Positions 30,091-39,230 of a DNA stretch of 64,000 nucleotides are shown here, piece after piece. Source of the DNA: a virus. Every line of letters begins with the position of its first letter. Within the stretch, counting starts at the first letter, position 1. The DNA lies in the IMG/VR virus record IMGVR_UViG_3300030419_004676, positions 8,449 through 72,448 of that record; one strand, 5' to 3'. The notes under the pieces are model-generated. The model did not search any database. It saw nothing but the letters and a program-made list of their open reading frames with translations, and was not told the DNA's origin. A program made the position numbers and the translations under genes.

Positions 30091-30820
30091 TGAAATACTT
30101 TCTTTTTACAAAGAGAATGGTTACTATGTAGAAAATATTTTCTCTACAGAAGTAATGGATGAGTATAGAGAAGAGGGTAATAGATTGATTGAATTGAGGA
30201 AAACTTCAGAAGAAGATGATAACACAAGACCATATGCATATACACATAGAGATTCAGAGTTATTTGATAAGTTGTGGAGACACCCACGAACTTTAGAAAT
30301 ACTTGAAACACTAATTGGTGGTAAAGTTGATGGATTACAAACTTGGATGTATTTTAAACCACCAGGTGAGTTGGGTAGAGATGTTCACCAAAACATTTTT
30401 TACTCTCATGCAAACCGAGGTGACATTATAAATGCATCTTGTGCCATTGATGATAGTGATGAAGAGAATGGATGTCTATATGTTTATCCTGGTTCACAAG
30501 TGGAATCATGTCTACCAATCAATATTGATGAGGATAGACTATTAACAAATCCAGACGATTGGAGAAATGAACGAGGTAAACCTTGTCACATACCAGGAGA
30601 ATGGGTTGATGGTGTTTGGACAGATAGATATGAAAAAATATATCTACCAATGAATTCAGGTGATGTTATATTTTTACATTCACATGTAATTCATGGTTCA
30701 GAGACTAATAAATCAGAGACTAAATGGAGAAGAGCTGCACTTGGTAGTTATCTTAGACAAGATGCACACTTTAATCCAGGTGGTCAAATGAAAAGAGAAA
30801 GAATAAATCTTTATGATTAA
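30080..30820 (+). CDS. PhyH-family Fe(II)/2-oxoglutarate dioxygenase
   Basis: YFKPPG, HQN, ENGCL.V.PGS, GDVIFLH..VIHGS..N, RRA. Confidence 0.85.
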   Translation: MTNNEILSFYKENGYYVENIFSTEVMDEYREEGNRLIELRKTSEEDDNTRPYAYTHRDSELFDKLWRHPRTLEILETLIGGKVDGLQTWMYFKPPGELGRDVHQNIFYSHANRGDIINASCAIDDSDEENGCLYVYPGSQVESCLPINIDEDRLLTNPDDWRNERGKPCHIPGEWVDGVWTDRYEKIYLPMNSGDVIFLHSHVIHGSETNKSETKWRRAALGSYLRQDAHFNPGGQMKRERINLYD

Positions 30821-32153
30821 AGACTATACAAAAGGATATTATTGGCAAGACAATTATTATCCTGATATAAATCATGTTTATAAAAATAAAGATTATAAAT
30901 ATGATATTGATGTTAGATTAATTGATGGGTGTGGTGATTCAGTTTCACAACAAAGACTTGAAAAAAGTATTGAAGTACTAAAAGAGTTTGAGGAGAAATT
31001 ACCTTTTAGAAGTTTTGCTATTGTTTCACCACTTGTACCACCATATCCATGTGAAGAACACAATTGGATTGAATTGAAAGGTACTATGGACTATCATGAT
31101 TATGGAGAGTTTGTATTAAAATATCTACATAAATATTTTGATGCACCACATGTATTATTGATTCAATGGGATTGTTTTATAACCAATATTGATAAATGGA
31201 AAGATGAGTTTCTTGATTATGACTTAGTATACACAATATCTGATGGGTGTCAAAATGATGATTCTGAATTTATAGAAGACATTGGACATTTCAATGGTGG
31301 ACTAACATTAAGGTCTAAAAAGTTTTGTAAATCTACATCTGATTATTTTACTAATGCAAAGAGTAAAAATGGAATCATTTATAGATTTGATGAATCAAGT
31401 GGTATGGTATTTAAACAAAATGAAGATTTATTGATACATGAGAACTATGAAGAATTAAAAAAATATGATTTAAAGTTTGCATCACCAAGTTTAACAAGTG
31501 AGTTTTCTTTAGGTAATCATACAACATCTATTCTTCCACATAGAAAACAAACTGCATTTGGATTTCACGATATGAGTATGAAGTTTCAAATAGTAGAAGA
31601 TGATAATGGAGAACCAATTATTATGAATTATAAAGATGAATTAAATCGTTCTATGAAATGGTTAAGTGATAAAGAGGATACTATTTTTATGGGACAATCA
31701 GTTAAGTATAGTGGTAATTCTATTTATGGAACATTACAAGATATTGATGATGAGAAGAGATTAGAATTACCTGTGTTTGAAGAAATACAAATGGGAATGA
31801 GTACAGGTATGGCACTAAATGGACATGTTCCAATTAGTTGTTTTCCAAGAATGGACTTCCTACTTAGATGTATGGATAGTTTAGTAAACCATTTAGATAA
31901 GATTCAAGATATGACTAATGGTCAAATGAAACCAAAAGTTATAATACGAACTGCAGTTGGTTCTCGTGAACCACTAAATGGTGGAGTACAACATACTCAG
32001 AATTATATTAAACAACTAAAAGAGATGTTAACTGAAGTCAAAATTGTTGAGCTTGATAAAACAGAAGATATATTTAATGAGTTTACAAAAGCATACAATA
32101 GAGATGGTTCAACAATTTTAGTAGAATATGGGGATTATTACAATGACAGATAA
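30813..32153 (+). CDS. Fusion of a GT-A-like (DUF5672-like) domain and a TPP enzyme E1-beta/transketolase pyrimidine-binding domain
   Basis: LLIQWD...W.DEFLDYD...NGGLTLRS...NED; from 31623 MNYKDEL...GQSV...ELPVFE..QMG..TGMAL...LVNHLDK...QH. Confidence 0.75.
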   Translation: MIKDYTKGYYWQDNYYPDINHVYKNKDYKYDIDVRLIDGCGDSVSQQRLEKSIEVLKEFEEKLPFRSFAIVSPLVPPYPCEEHNWIELKGTMDYHDYGEFVLKYLHKYFDAPHVLLIQWDCFITNIDKWKDEFLDYDLVYTISDGCQNDDSEFIEDIGHFNGGLTLRSKKFCKSTSDYFTNAKSKNGIIYRFDESSGMVFKQNEDLLIHENYEELKKYDLKFASPSLTSEFSLGNHTTSILPHRKQTAFGFHDMSMKFQIVEDDNGEPIIMNYKDELNRSMKWLSDKEDTIFMGQSVKYSGNSIYGTLQDIDDEKRLELPVFEEIQMGMSTGMALNGHVPISCFPRMDFLLRCMDSLVNHLDKIQDMTNGQMKPKVIIRTAVGSREPLNGGVQHTQNYIKQLKEMLTEVKIVELDKTEDIFNEFTKAYNRDGSTILVEYGDYYNDR

Positions 32154-32970
32154 CCAATATAGAATTATTACGGGTGGTTGTAGTTTTTCAAAGAAAGCTG
32201 ATGTACCTATAATGAAAGAAAAAGAAAAAACTTGGACAAATGCAATAGAAGAATATTTTGATTTTCCATTTTATTATCATACAGGTGAACCTGCATCTGG
32301 TAATTCTTTGATATCAAGAAGAGTTATTTATACACTATCTAATGTTTTAAAAATACCTAATATAAAAAAAGAAGATATTTTAGTTTCAGTTATGTGGAGT
32401 GACCCAATACGAACTGATTTATTTGGTTCATTAGAGGAAACTTATAAATGGCCAGGATTAACTAAACACAAGGGTAATACTGAACCTTTAAGATTAGGAG
32501 AAGGAATGAATACCGCCTATAATAAAGAAAATAGAAATTGGGGATATTTTAGAAGTGGTGGATTTCCAAATAAAGATGGATATGCATTTAAAGAATATAC
32601 AGATTGGTTTACTAATTATTATGAAAATTATTATACTACAGAATATTCTTTCATTAATACTTTTGAGTCTATTTTAAGAGTACAATATTTTTGTAAATTA
32701 CATAAAATAAAATATGTATTTCATACTATGAAAAATATATTTACTAATAAAGATGGAGAGTTTCTACATAAACAATATAAAGAGACTGAACATTTATTTG
32801 AACAAATTGATTTTGAAAATTTTGTTTTTTCAAATGATTATGATGGTTTATATGAATATGCAAAAGAACATGACTTACCATTCTGGGATGATAATCTACA
32901 TGTAGAATGGGATGGACATAAGACATATTTTAACAAAATTATAAAACCAGAAATATTGGAGTTAATATGA
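32143..32970 (+). CDS. SGNH-like protein
   Basis: GGCSFS, ASGNSLI, VMWS, terminal DNLH. Confidence 0.65.
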   Translation: MTDNQYRIITGGCSFSKKADVPIMKEKEKTWTNAIEEYFDFPFYYHTGEPASGNSLISRRVIYTLSNVLKIPNIKKEDILVSVMWSDPIRTDLFGSLEETYKWPGLTKHKGNTEPLRLGEGMNTAYNKENRNWGYFRSGGFPNKDGYAFKEYTDWFTNYYENYYTTEYSFINTFESILRVQYFCKLHKIKYVFHTMKNIFTNKDGEFLHKQYKETEHLFEQIDFENFVFSNDYDGLYEYAKEHDLPFWDDNLHVEWDGHKTYFNKIIKPEILELI

Positions 32971-34370
32971 AAATAGTATTTGACCAAAATGTACCATATC
33001 TGATACCTAATGCATGTCACCTTGAAATTAAAAGGTATGTTATGAATGAACATAATGGATTCTACGACCATACAGAAGTTTCGGTTAGAGAAAAATTTGG
33101 GGAACCTTGGCATGTTTATAATTCAAGTTTTAGGAATTATTATGAAGATATGATAACAAACATAAAAGATGTTAAACCAGAAGATACTTGGGTATATCCT
33201 GTAGAAATTTTTGGAGATTTTCAAAAATCATTTGGTATAAATCAAGAAAAGGGTTCATTATATGATGGTTGGAATTTTACACAGGCAATTCCACCTACTA
33301 CAATGAGTAAGTTAAAACAATCAAATGGTTATATATTAATTACAATGGTTCATGAGGGTTTAGTAGTTGATGTATTTTTTGAAAGATTGGCACAGATTTG
33401 TGAAGCAAATAATTTACCAATGAAAAAGATAATTATATTAACAAGTGGTAACCATGGTATAAAAAAACAACATCACACTTGGCACCAAAAGAATATGCAA
33501 ACTACAGACAGATTTAATGTTATGAACTATCACTACTTTTTATACGAAAAAGGACATGAGTATAATATAGGTATTGATAAGTTTGAATCTAAGGAGACTA
33601 AAGGAAAACTTAGTTCTGTATCATTAGGTGATTTTAAAAATAGTTTAGGTAAAAAAAGAGATAATAAGTTTTTGTGTTTTAATAGAAGAATGCATCCACA
33701 TCGTGTAATGTTGGTTGCAGAATTACATAGATTGGGTATTTTAGATAAGAATTTAGTTAGTTTTCAATTTACATTAGATGGTGATTTTAGATTTCCAACA
33801 AGAATTGATACCTACATTGAAGAATACAAGATGATTTATGATGATGAGCAAACCTATAGAGAAAAATTTGAAAAGTATATCAAACAAGTTATTAAAATGA
33901 AAAAAAGAATGATTGACCATGAAGACTTATCCAAAATTCATGGATTTCGTGGAGATGTTAAAAAACCTTGGTTAAATACTTATTATAGTGTAGTAACAGA
34001 ATCTAATTTTTTTAGAAGAAGTGATTATATAACAGAAAAGACTTGGAAATGTGTTGGTAATTTCCATCCTTTTATAGTATTTGGAAGACCAAATACAATT
34101 GGTGAATTAAAAAGACTTGGATTTAAAACTTTTCATCCATTTATTGATGAATCATATGATAGAGTAGTTGATAATAAAAAAAGATACAATATGATTCTTG
34201 ATGAAATAGTAAGATTGCAAAATATACCTGAAGAAGAAATGGTAAAATGGTATTCTGATATGAAAGATATTCTAATTCACAATTATAATCATTTTATGAA
34301 ATTAGGTAGTGAAAGAAATAAACAATTTAATAATTTATTCAAAGAGATAGAAGAAAAATGTACAAAATAA
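32967..34370 (+). CDS. Putative GT10-like glycosyltransferase, paralogue 5
   Basis: KFLCFNRRMHPHR; YYSVVTESN...YITEKTWK...HPFI...LGFKTFHPFIDESYD. Confidence 0.55.
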   Translation: MKIVFDQNVPYLIPNACHLEIKRYVMNEHNGFYDHTEVSVREKFGEPWHVYNSSFRNYYEDMITNIKDVKPEDTWVYPVEIFGDFQKSFGINQEKGSLYDGWNFTQAIPPTTMSKLKQSNGYILITMVHEGLVVDVFFERLAQICEANNLPMKKIIILTSGNHGIKKQHHTWHQKNMQTTDRFNVMNYHYFLYEKGHEYNIGIDKFESKETKGKLSSVSLGDFKNSLGKKRDNKFLCFNRRMHPHRVMLVAELHRLGILDKNLVSFQFTLDGDFRFPTRIDTYIEEYKMIYDDEQTYREKFEKYIKQVIKMKKRMIDHEDLSKIHGFRGDVKKPWLNTYYSVVTESNFFRRSDYITEKTWKCVGNFHPFIVFGRPNTIGELKRLGFKTFHPFIDESYDRVVDNKKRYNMILDEIVRLQNIPEEEMVKWYSDMKDILIHNYNHFMKLGSERNKQFNNLFKEIEEKCTK

Positions 34371-36280
34371 GTTTCCTTGAGTTATCAGATATTACCGCAA
34401 ATCAAGTAAAATTACCATATTCTACTGGTTTGATATGGGGATATTGCAAACTTAATCCACTTATAGAAAAAAATTATTCTTTCAATATGGAAGATTGGAT
34501 ATATTATCGTCAAGACGAAAATAAGATTATAAATCAAATAAAAGATTCTGATATAATCGGTGTTTCAAATTTTGTATGGAATTCAATCGTTAATACTTCA
34601 ATCATAAAAAAAATAAAAAAAATAAATCCTAATTGTTTAGTTATATTTGGTGGACAAGGAACACCAAAAGGTGATAGGTGTAAACAATTTTGTAAAGATA
34701 ATCCAGGTATTGATATATTGGTTCATGGTGAGGGTGAGTTAACATTTGAAGATATATTATTACGATATCTTATAGATAAAGATTGGACAAAAGTAAATGG
34801 TGTTACAATTAATCCACCATTAGGCGAACTAATCACAACACCACCAAGAGAAAGATTAAAAGATATTGATTCAATGCCAAGTCCTTACTTGGATGGGTTA
34901 TTTGATGATTTAGTAAAAATTAAAGACCATGACTATGCATTTGAGGGTACAATAGAAAGTGTTCGTGGTTGTCCTTATCAATGCACATTTTGTGAAATAG
35001 GTGATAAATATTTTCAGAAGATTGCAAGACAAACAAATGAAAAAGTATTTAAAGAATTGGATTGGTTGTCTAAAAACAAAGTAGAATTTTTCTATAATGC
35101 AGATTCTAATTTTGGTTTATTGAAAGAACACCTTGATATTGTAAAGTATATGACAAAGTTAAAAAAAGAAACTGGATATCCTGATAATATTCGTGTAGAT
35201 TGGGCAAAGTCAAAGGCAGATAAGGTTGTTGAATATGCCTATTTACTTACAGAAGCAGGTATGATGAAAGGTATTACAATTGCATTACAATCTATGAATC
35301 CTGATGTATTAAAGGCAATTAGAAGAAAAAATGTTGATAGTGGAAAATTACAAGAATTTTTTGATTTATATAAAGATAAAGAATTGATAAGTTATGTGGA
35401 ATTAATTTTGGGATTACCAAAAGAAACAATTGAATCATTTAAAGAAGGTATATTTCAAATAATGGATATGGAATTTCATGATTATGTTGGAGTGTATCCA
35501 ATGACTGCATTACCTAATACACCATTTTTTGAACCAAGTTATGTAAAAGAATATGGTATTGATGTTGTTGAGACCACACCTGCATTTTTCCATCATGATT
35601 ATCCTGAAATGTTAAAAAAAGAAAAAGAATTTATGGTAGTTGGTAGTGAAACAATGAATAGAGAGGAATATATAGAGGCCTCTATTTGGAGATGGATGTT
35701 TATGTTTAGTCATTTTTTAGGATTTACACAACACATTTCAAGAGTATTAAGTTCAACACATGATATATCTTATAAAGAATTTTATACTAAGTTTTATAAT
35801 TGGATGAAAAAGAATCCTGATACTTTCTTAGGAAAAGAAATGAATACTACTAAAGATACCTTAACAAAAGTTTTAAAAAAAGAAACACTTTGGGGTAGAA
35901 AAATAGAAGAAACTACAGGAGAATATTATTGGGATTATGAAGAGGCAACATCTATCAGAATCGTGACTAATCGTGAAGAATTTGATAAGAATCTTAGAAG
36001 TTTTTTATTTAGTGAGTTTAAAAAAGTAGATGTATCTTTACTTGAAGACTTACTTTTGTTCCAAAAAATGATTTGTACTAATCCATTTGAACAATATCCA
36101 AAGAAAGTTCCATTTAATTTTAATATCAAAGAGGTTATTTTTGAAAATAAACCTATCAAAAATGGTGGTCATACCTATGAATTCAATTCTGAAAACTATA
36201 ATTCAGATGTAAAGAAGTGGTGCACTATAAATATGTGGTGGGGAAGAAGAAACAGAGGATACGAAACTTCCGTAACTTAA
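34358..36280 (+). CDS. Cobalamin-binding radical SAM enzyme (class B methyltransferase-like)
   Basis: N-terminal B12-binding domain (IGVSNFVWN, IFGG, VHGEGE), RGCPYQCTFC, DSNFG, LILGLP.ET. Confidence 0.9.
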   Translation: MYKISFLELSDITANQVKLPYSTGLIWGYCKLNPLIEKNYSFNMEDWIYYRQDENKIINQIKDSDIIGVSNFVWNSIVNTSIIKKIKKINPNCLVIFGGQGTPKGDRCKQFCKDNPGIDILVHGEGELTFEDILLRYLIDKDWTKVNGVTINPPLGELITTPPRERLKDIDSMPSPYLDGLFDDLVKIKDHDYAFEGTIESVRGCPYQCTFCEIGDKYFQKIARQTNEKVFKELDWLSKNKVEFFYNADSNFGLLKEHLDIVKYMTKLKKETGYPDNIRVDWAKSKADKVVEYAYLLTEAGMMKGITIALQSMNPDVLKAIRRKNVDSGKLQEFFDLYKDKELISYVELILGLPKETIESFKEGIFQIMDMEFHDYVGVYPMTALPNTPFFEPSYVKEYGIDVVETTPAFFHHDYPEMLKKEKEFMVVGSETMNREEYIEASIWRWMFMFSHFLGFTQHISRVLSSTHDISYKEFYTKFYNWMKKNPDTFLGKEMNTTKDTLTKVLKKETLWGRKIEETTGEYYWDYEEATSIRIVTNREEFDKNLRSFLFSEFKKVDVSLLEDLLLFQKMICTNPFEQYPKKVPFNFNIKEVIFENKPIKNGGHTYEFNSENYNSDVKKWCTINMWWGRRNRGYETSVT

Positions 36281-36288
36281 TATTTATA
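36280..36288 (+). promoter_or_regulatory. ATATTTATW motif, putative late promoter
   Basis: ATATTTATA 27 nt before ATG 36316. Confidence 0.55.
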
Positions 36289-36315
36289 GTTGATAAACTA
36301 CATTTGGAGTTTTAA

Positions 36316-37182
36316 ATGATTAAACTAAAAGATTTATTAGAATCAAATATAACAGGAAAGAGTGCAAATTCTGAATCCTATGGTGGATATAAAGGATTTG
36401 TAAAACCTGAAGATTATGATGCCTATAAAAAAGATTTGGCAAAAAAACTTAAAGTAATGATTGCAGAGGGTATTCAAGACAAAGGTATTTTTAAGGCAGT
36501 CTTTCTTGCAGGTGGGCCAGGTAGTGGTAAAACTTATGTTGCGAAAAAAATATTTGGTATACCTGATAAGTTTAATATTAGTATGAGTGGTATGAAAATG
36601 GTAAACTCAGATAAAGAGTTGAAACACTTATTACATAAATTTGGATTCGGTACTGATTTAGACAAAATGCCAGATGAAGTATTTAATCAACTTACAAATC
36701 CAGATGATGATGATTATAGTGGATTCAGAGGATTTTCAAAAGAACTTACTGCACAAAGAATGAAATTATATAGAAAAGGTAAGTTAGGAATGATTATAGA
36801 TGGAACTGGACATAAATTTGGTAAAATTAGTTCTTTGAAAAAAGAATTAGAAGATGAGGGATACGATACCTATATGGTAATGGTTAACACATCATTAGAG
36901 GTGGCACAAAAAAGAAATCAAGAAAGAGATAGAATATTACCACCAAAATTATTAGAAAAGAGTTGGAAAGATGTTCAGAAGAATATTGGTTCTTTTCAAG
37001 CATTATTTAAAAACAACTTCGTGATAGTGGATAATTCAAAACACTTAAACGACAAACAAGCGGAGGCAAAATTTGTTCCATTGGTTACTAAAGTTATTAG
37101 AAAATTTGTTAACAAACCTATCAAAAACAAACTTGGAAAAATGTGGGTTGAAAAACAAAAACTACTTAATAGGAGAAAATAA
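36316..37182 (+). CDS. P-loop kinase (zeta-toxin/polynucleotide-kinase-like) with MIKLKDLLE leader
   Basis: FLAGGPGSGKT, VNSD, IIDGTG, lid-like AQKRNQER.R. Confidence 0.8.
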   Translation: MIKLKDLLESNITGKSANSESYGGYKGFVKPEDYDAYKKDLAKKLKVMIAEGIQDKGIFKAVFLAGGPGSGKTYVAKKIFGIPDKFNISMSGMKMVNSDKELKHLLHKFGFGTDLDKMPDEVFNQLTNPDDDDYSGFRGFSKELTAQRMKLYRKGKLGMIIDGTGHKFGKISSLKKELEDEGYDTYMVMVNTSLEVAQKRNQERDRILPPKLLEKSWKDVQKNIGSFQALFKNNFVIVDNSKHLNDKQAEAKFVPLVTKVIRKFVNKPIKNKLGKMWVEKQKLLNRRK

Positions 37183-37183
37183 T

Positions 37184-37666
37184 ATGTTAACGACATTTGA
37201 TGAAATTATAGAAGTTACTTTACATCACGAAGGCGGATATGTTCATGACCCAAATGATTTAGGTGGTGAAACTAATTTTGGAATAGCAAAGAGATTCTAT
37301 CCTGATGTGGATATCAAGAACCTTACAGAAGAGGGTGCAAAAGAAATTTACAAAAAAGATTATTGGGATAAGAATAAGGTAGATGAACTTGATGAACAAT
37401 TAAAACATATATTCTTTGATATGTGTGTGAATCAAGGTAGAGGAACAGCAGTAAAGATTTTACAACGAGCTTGTAATGCAAAGGGTGCAGACCTTGCAGT
37501 AGATGGTGGATTTGGGCCAGGAACTAAAGGTGCACTTGAAACTTACAAACCATCATTGGAAAGAGTTCGTTGTTATAGACTAAAACATTATTATGATTTA
37601 GTAAACAGAAAACCAGAACAAGAAAGATTTTTGTTTGGTTGGTTTAAAAGAGCACTTTCAGTATAG
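37184..37666 (+). CDS. Endolysin, glycoside hydrolase family 108
   Basis: HEGGYVHDPNDLGGETNFGI, FDMCVNQG, VDG.FGPGT, GW..R; AGGAGA RBS supports start 37184. Confidence 0.9.
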   Translation: MLTTFDEIIEVTLHHEGGYVHDPNDLGGETNFGIAKRFYPDVDIKNLTEEGAKEIYKKDYWDKNKVDELDEQLKHIFFDMCVNQGRGTAVKILQRACNAKGADLAVDGGFGPGTKGALETYKPSLERVRCYRLKHYYDLVNRKPEQERFLFGWFKRALSV

Positions 37667-37675
37667 GAGAAAATA

Positions 37676-37969
37676 ATGGCAGCATTAGGAGGCAACCCAT
37701 CAGATGTAGGTGGAATTGTAAGTAGAACTAAAAGTTCAGATAGAATAGGTCAATATACAGCGACTTATGAAGTACCGGCATCAACAACTTATGAACCAAC
37801 AGGTTCATTTAAAAATACTGCATTCATGATTGAATCAGGAACTAATTACACATTGACAGCAGTTGATGGTGGTGATTTGACTGCAGGTTTGGTAAATGGT
37901 CAAGTATATCGTGTGGCATTGAAAAAAGTTGTTAATGGTGGAACTACCGTAGTTAAATTATTGAAGTAA
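37676..37969 (+). CDS. Hypothetical small beta-rich protein (possibly virion-associated)
   Basis: AGGAGA RBS; tight operon packing. Confidence 0.6.
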   Translation: MAALGGNPSDVGGIVSRTKSSDRIGQYTATYEVPASTTYEPTGSFKNTAFMIESGTNYTLTAVDGGDLTAGLVNGQVYRVALKKVVNGGTTVVKLLK

Positions 37970-38283
37970 TGGCAAAAGGAGATTGTTACTCGGCAAATGG
38001 TAGATGGATGATTGGTAAAGATGACTCTTACCGATTAGTTCATGGTGTGGCAATCTTAGCAAGTGATGGAAAACCATTTGGTCATTGTTGGATTGAAAAA
38101 GGTAGTCAAGTATTAGATTTCAGTAATGGTAAAAATATAAAAATAAGTAAAAAGAAGTATTATGAATTAGGTGGAATACCAGTGAAACCTTACAAACTTT
38201 ATAAATACAAATCCTTAGAAATGGCAAAACTAATGGTCAAACACGAACATTGGGGGCCATGGGATTTAAAACCACCGAGATGA
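37969..38283 (+). CDS. Hypothetical protein with transglutaminase/papain-like Cys-His pattern
   Basis: GDCY...LVHG...GHCWIE...LD. Confidence 0.45.
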   Translation: MAKGDCYSANGRWMIGKDDSYRLVHGVAILASDGKPFGHCWIEKGSQVLDFSNGKNIKISKKKYYELGGIPVKPYKLYKYKSLEMAKLMVKHEHWGPWDLKPPR

Positions 38284-38286
38284 GAT

Positions 38287-38571
38287 ATGGCATATATAAT
38301 AGCAGAACCTTGTGTTGGAACATGTGATACGGCATGTGTGGATGTATGTCCAGTAGATTGTATTCATGGGCCAATAGATAAAGATGGAGCAGGAGCGGAA
38401 GTTCCTGGATTAGATACATTAGATGGGAAACAATTATACATAGACCCTGATGAATGTATTGATTGTGGTGCATGTGAACCAGAGTGTCCAGTAGAAGCAA
38501 TTTATGATGAAGATGAATTACCTGAAGAATGGGTAAAATATATTAATATTAATAAGGAGTTCTTTCAATGA
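38287..38571 (+). CDS. Dicluster ferredoxin
   Basis: [16 protein letters not shown] and [17 protein letters not shown]. Confidence 0.95.
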   Translation: MAYIIAEPCVGTCDTACVDVCPVDCIHGPIDKDGAGAEVPGLDTLDGKQLYIDPDECIDCGACEPECPVEAIYDEDELPEEWVKYININKEFFQ

Positions 38572-39224
38572 AAAATATAACAGAATTTGGAAAACATTTA
38601 GATGAACCAAGTGAAATTGGTAAGAAAAAACAACGATTATCAAAAAAAGATAAATTGTTATTAAAAAAAGATTTAGAAGAAAGGCTTGAAGAGAAAAAGA
38701 ATAAAGGTCTTTGGCACAATATTCACGCAAAAAGAAAAAGAGGTGAAAAACCTGCAAAACCTGGTGAAAAGGGATATCCAAAAACTTTAAAGATTGAGAA
38801 AAAAGATGGAGACCCATGTTGGGTAGGATACAAACAAATAGGAATGAAAGATAAAGATGGAAAAAAAGTTCCTAATTGTGTAAAAGAAGTTACAGAAATA
38901 TATTATGAAGTTGATGGTAAAGGACATGGATATACCTTTGAATATATTAGAACCAAAGATTTGAACGAGGCAGAATATCAAGGAAGAAAAGTAAAACTTG
39001 GTAAACCAACTACTGGTGATGTAAAGAAGTTCAAAGTATATGTAAAGAATCCAAAGGGTAATGTAGTCAAGGTTAATTTTGGACATAAAGGTAAGGGTGG
39101 TGAAAAAACTATGAGAATCAAAAAATCTAACCCTGATGCCCGTAAGTCATTTAGAGCAAGACATAATTGTGAAAATCCTGGCCCAAGACATAAAGCTCGT
39201 TATTGGTCTTGTAGAAAATGGTAG
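38568..39224 (+). CDS. Modular basic phage protein (probable head-associated polyprotein)
   Basis: Modules [23 protein letters not shown]...VPNCV and KVYV...KVNFG...SFRARHNC...ARYWSC, separated by xxE sites. Confidence 0.6.
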   Translation: MKNITEFGKHLDEPSEIGKKKQRLSKKDKLLLKKDLEERLEEKKNKGLWHNIHAKRKRGEKPAKPGEKGYPKTLKIEKKDGDPCWVGYKQIGMKDKDGKKVPNCVKEVTEIYYEVDGKGHGYTFEYIRTKDLNEAEYQGRKVKLGKPTTGDVKKFKVYVKNPKGNVVKVNFGHKGKGGEKTMRIKKSNPDARKSFRARHNCENPGPRHKARYWSCRKW

Positions 39225-39230
39225 GAGTTA

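Noticed and set aside
5743-36280. Host LPS/capsule locus (bacterial contamination or prophage flank)
   Set aside because: Same strand, composition, coupling and promoter motif as the phage structural genes; no wzx/wzy/ABC export genes.
37073-37183. N-terminal extension (SAR-like) of the endolysin given in the ORF track
   Set aside because: Overlaps the kinase gene; AGGAGA RBS and the GH108 domain start support ATG 37184.
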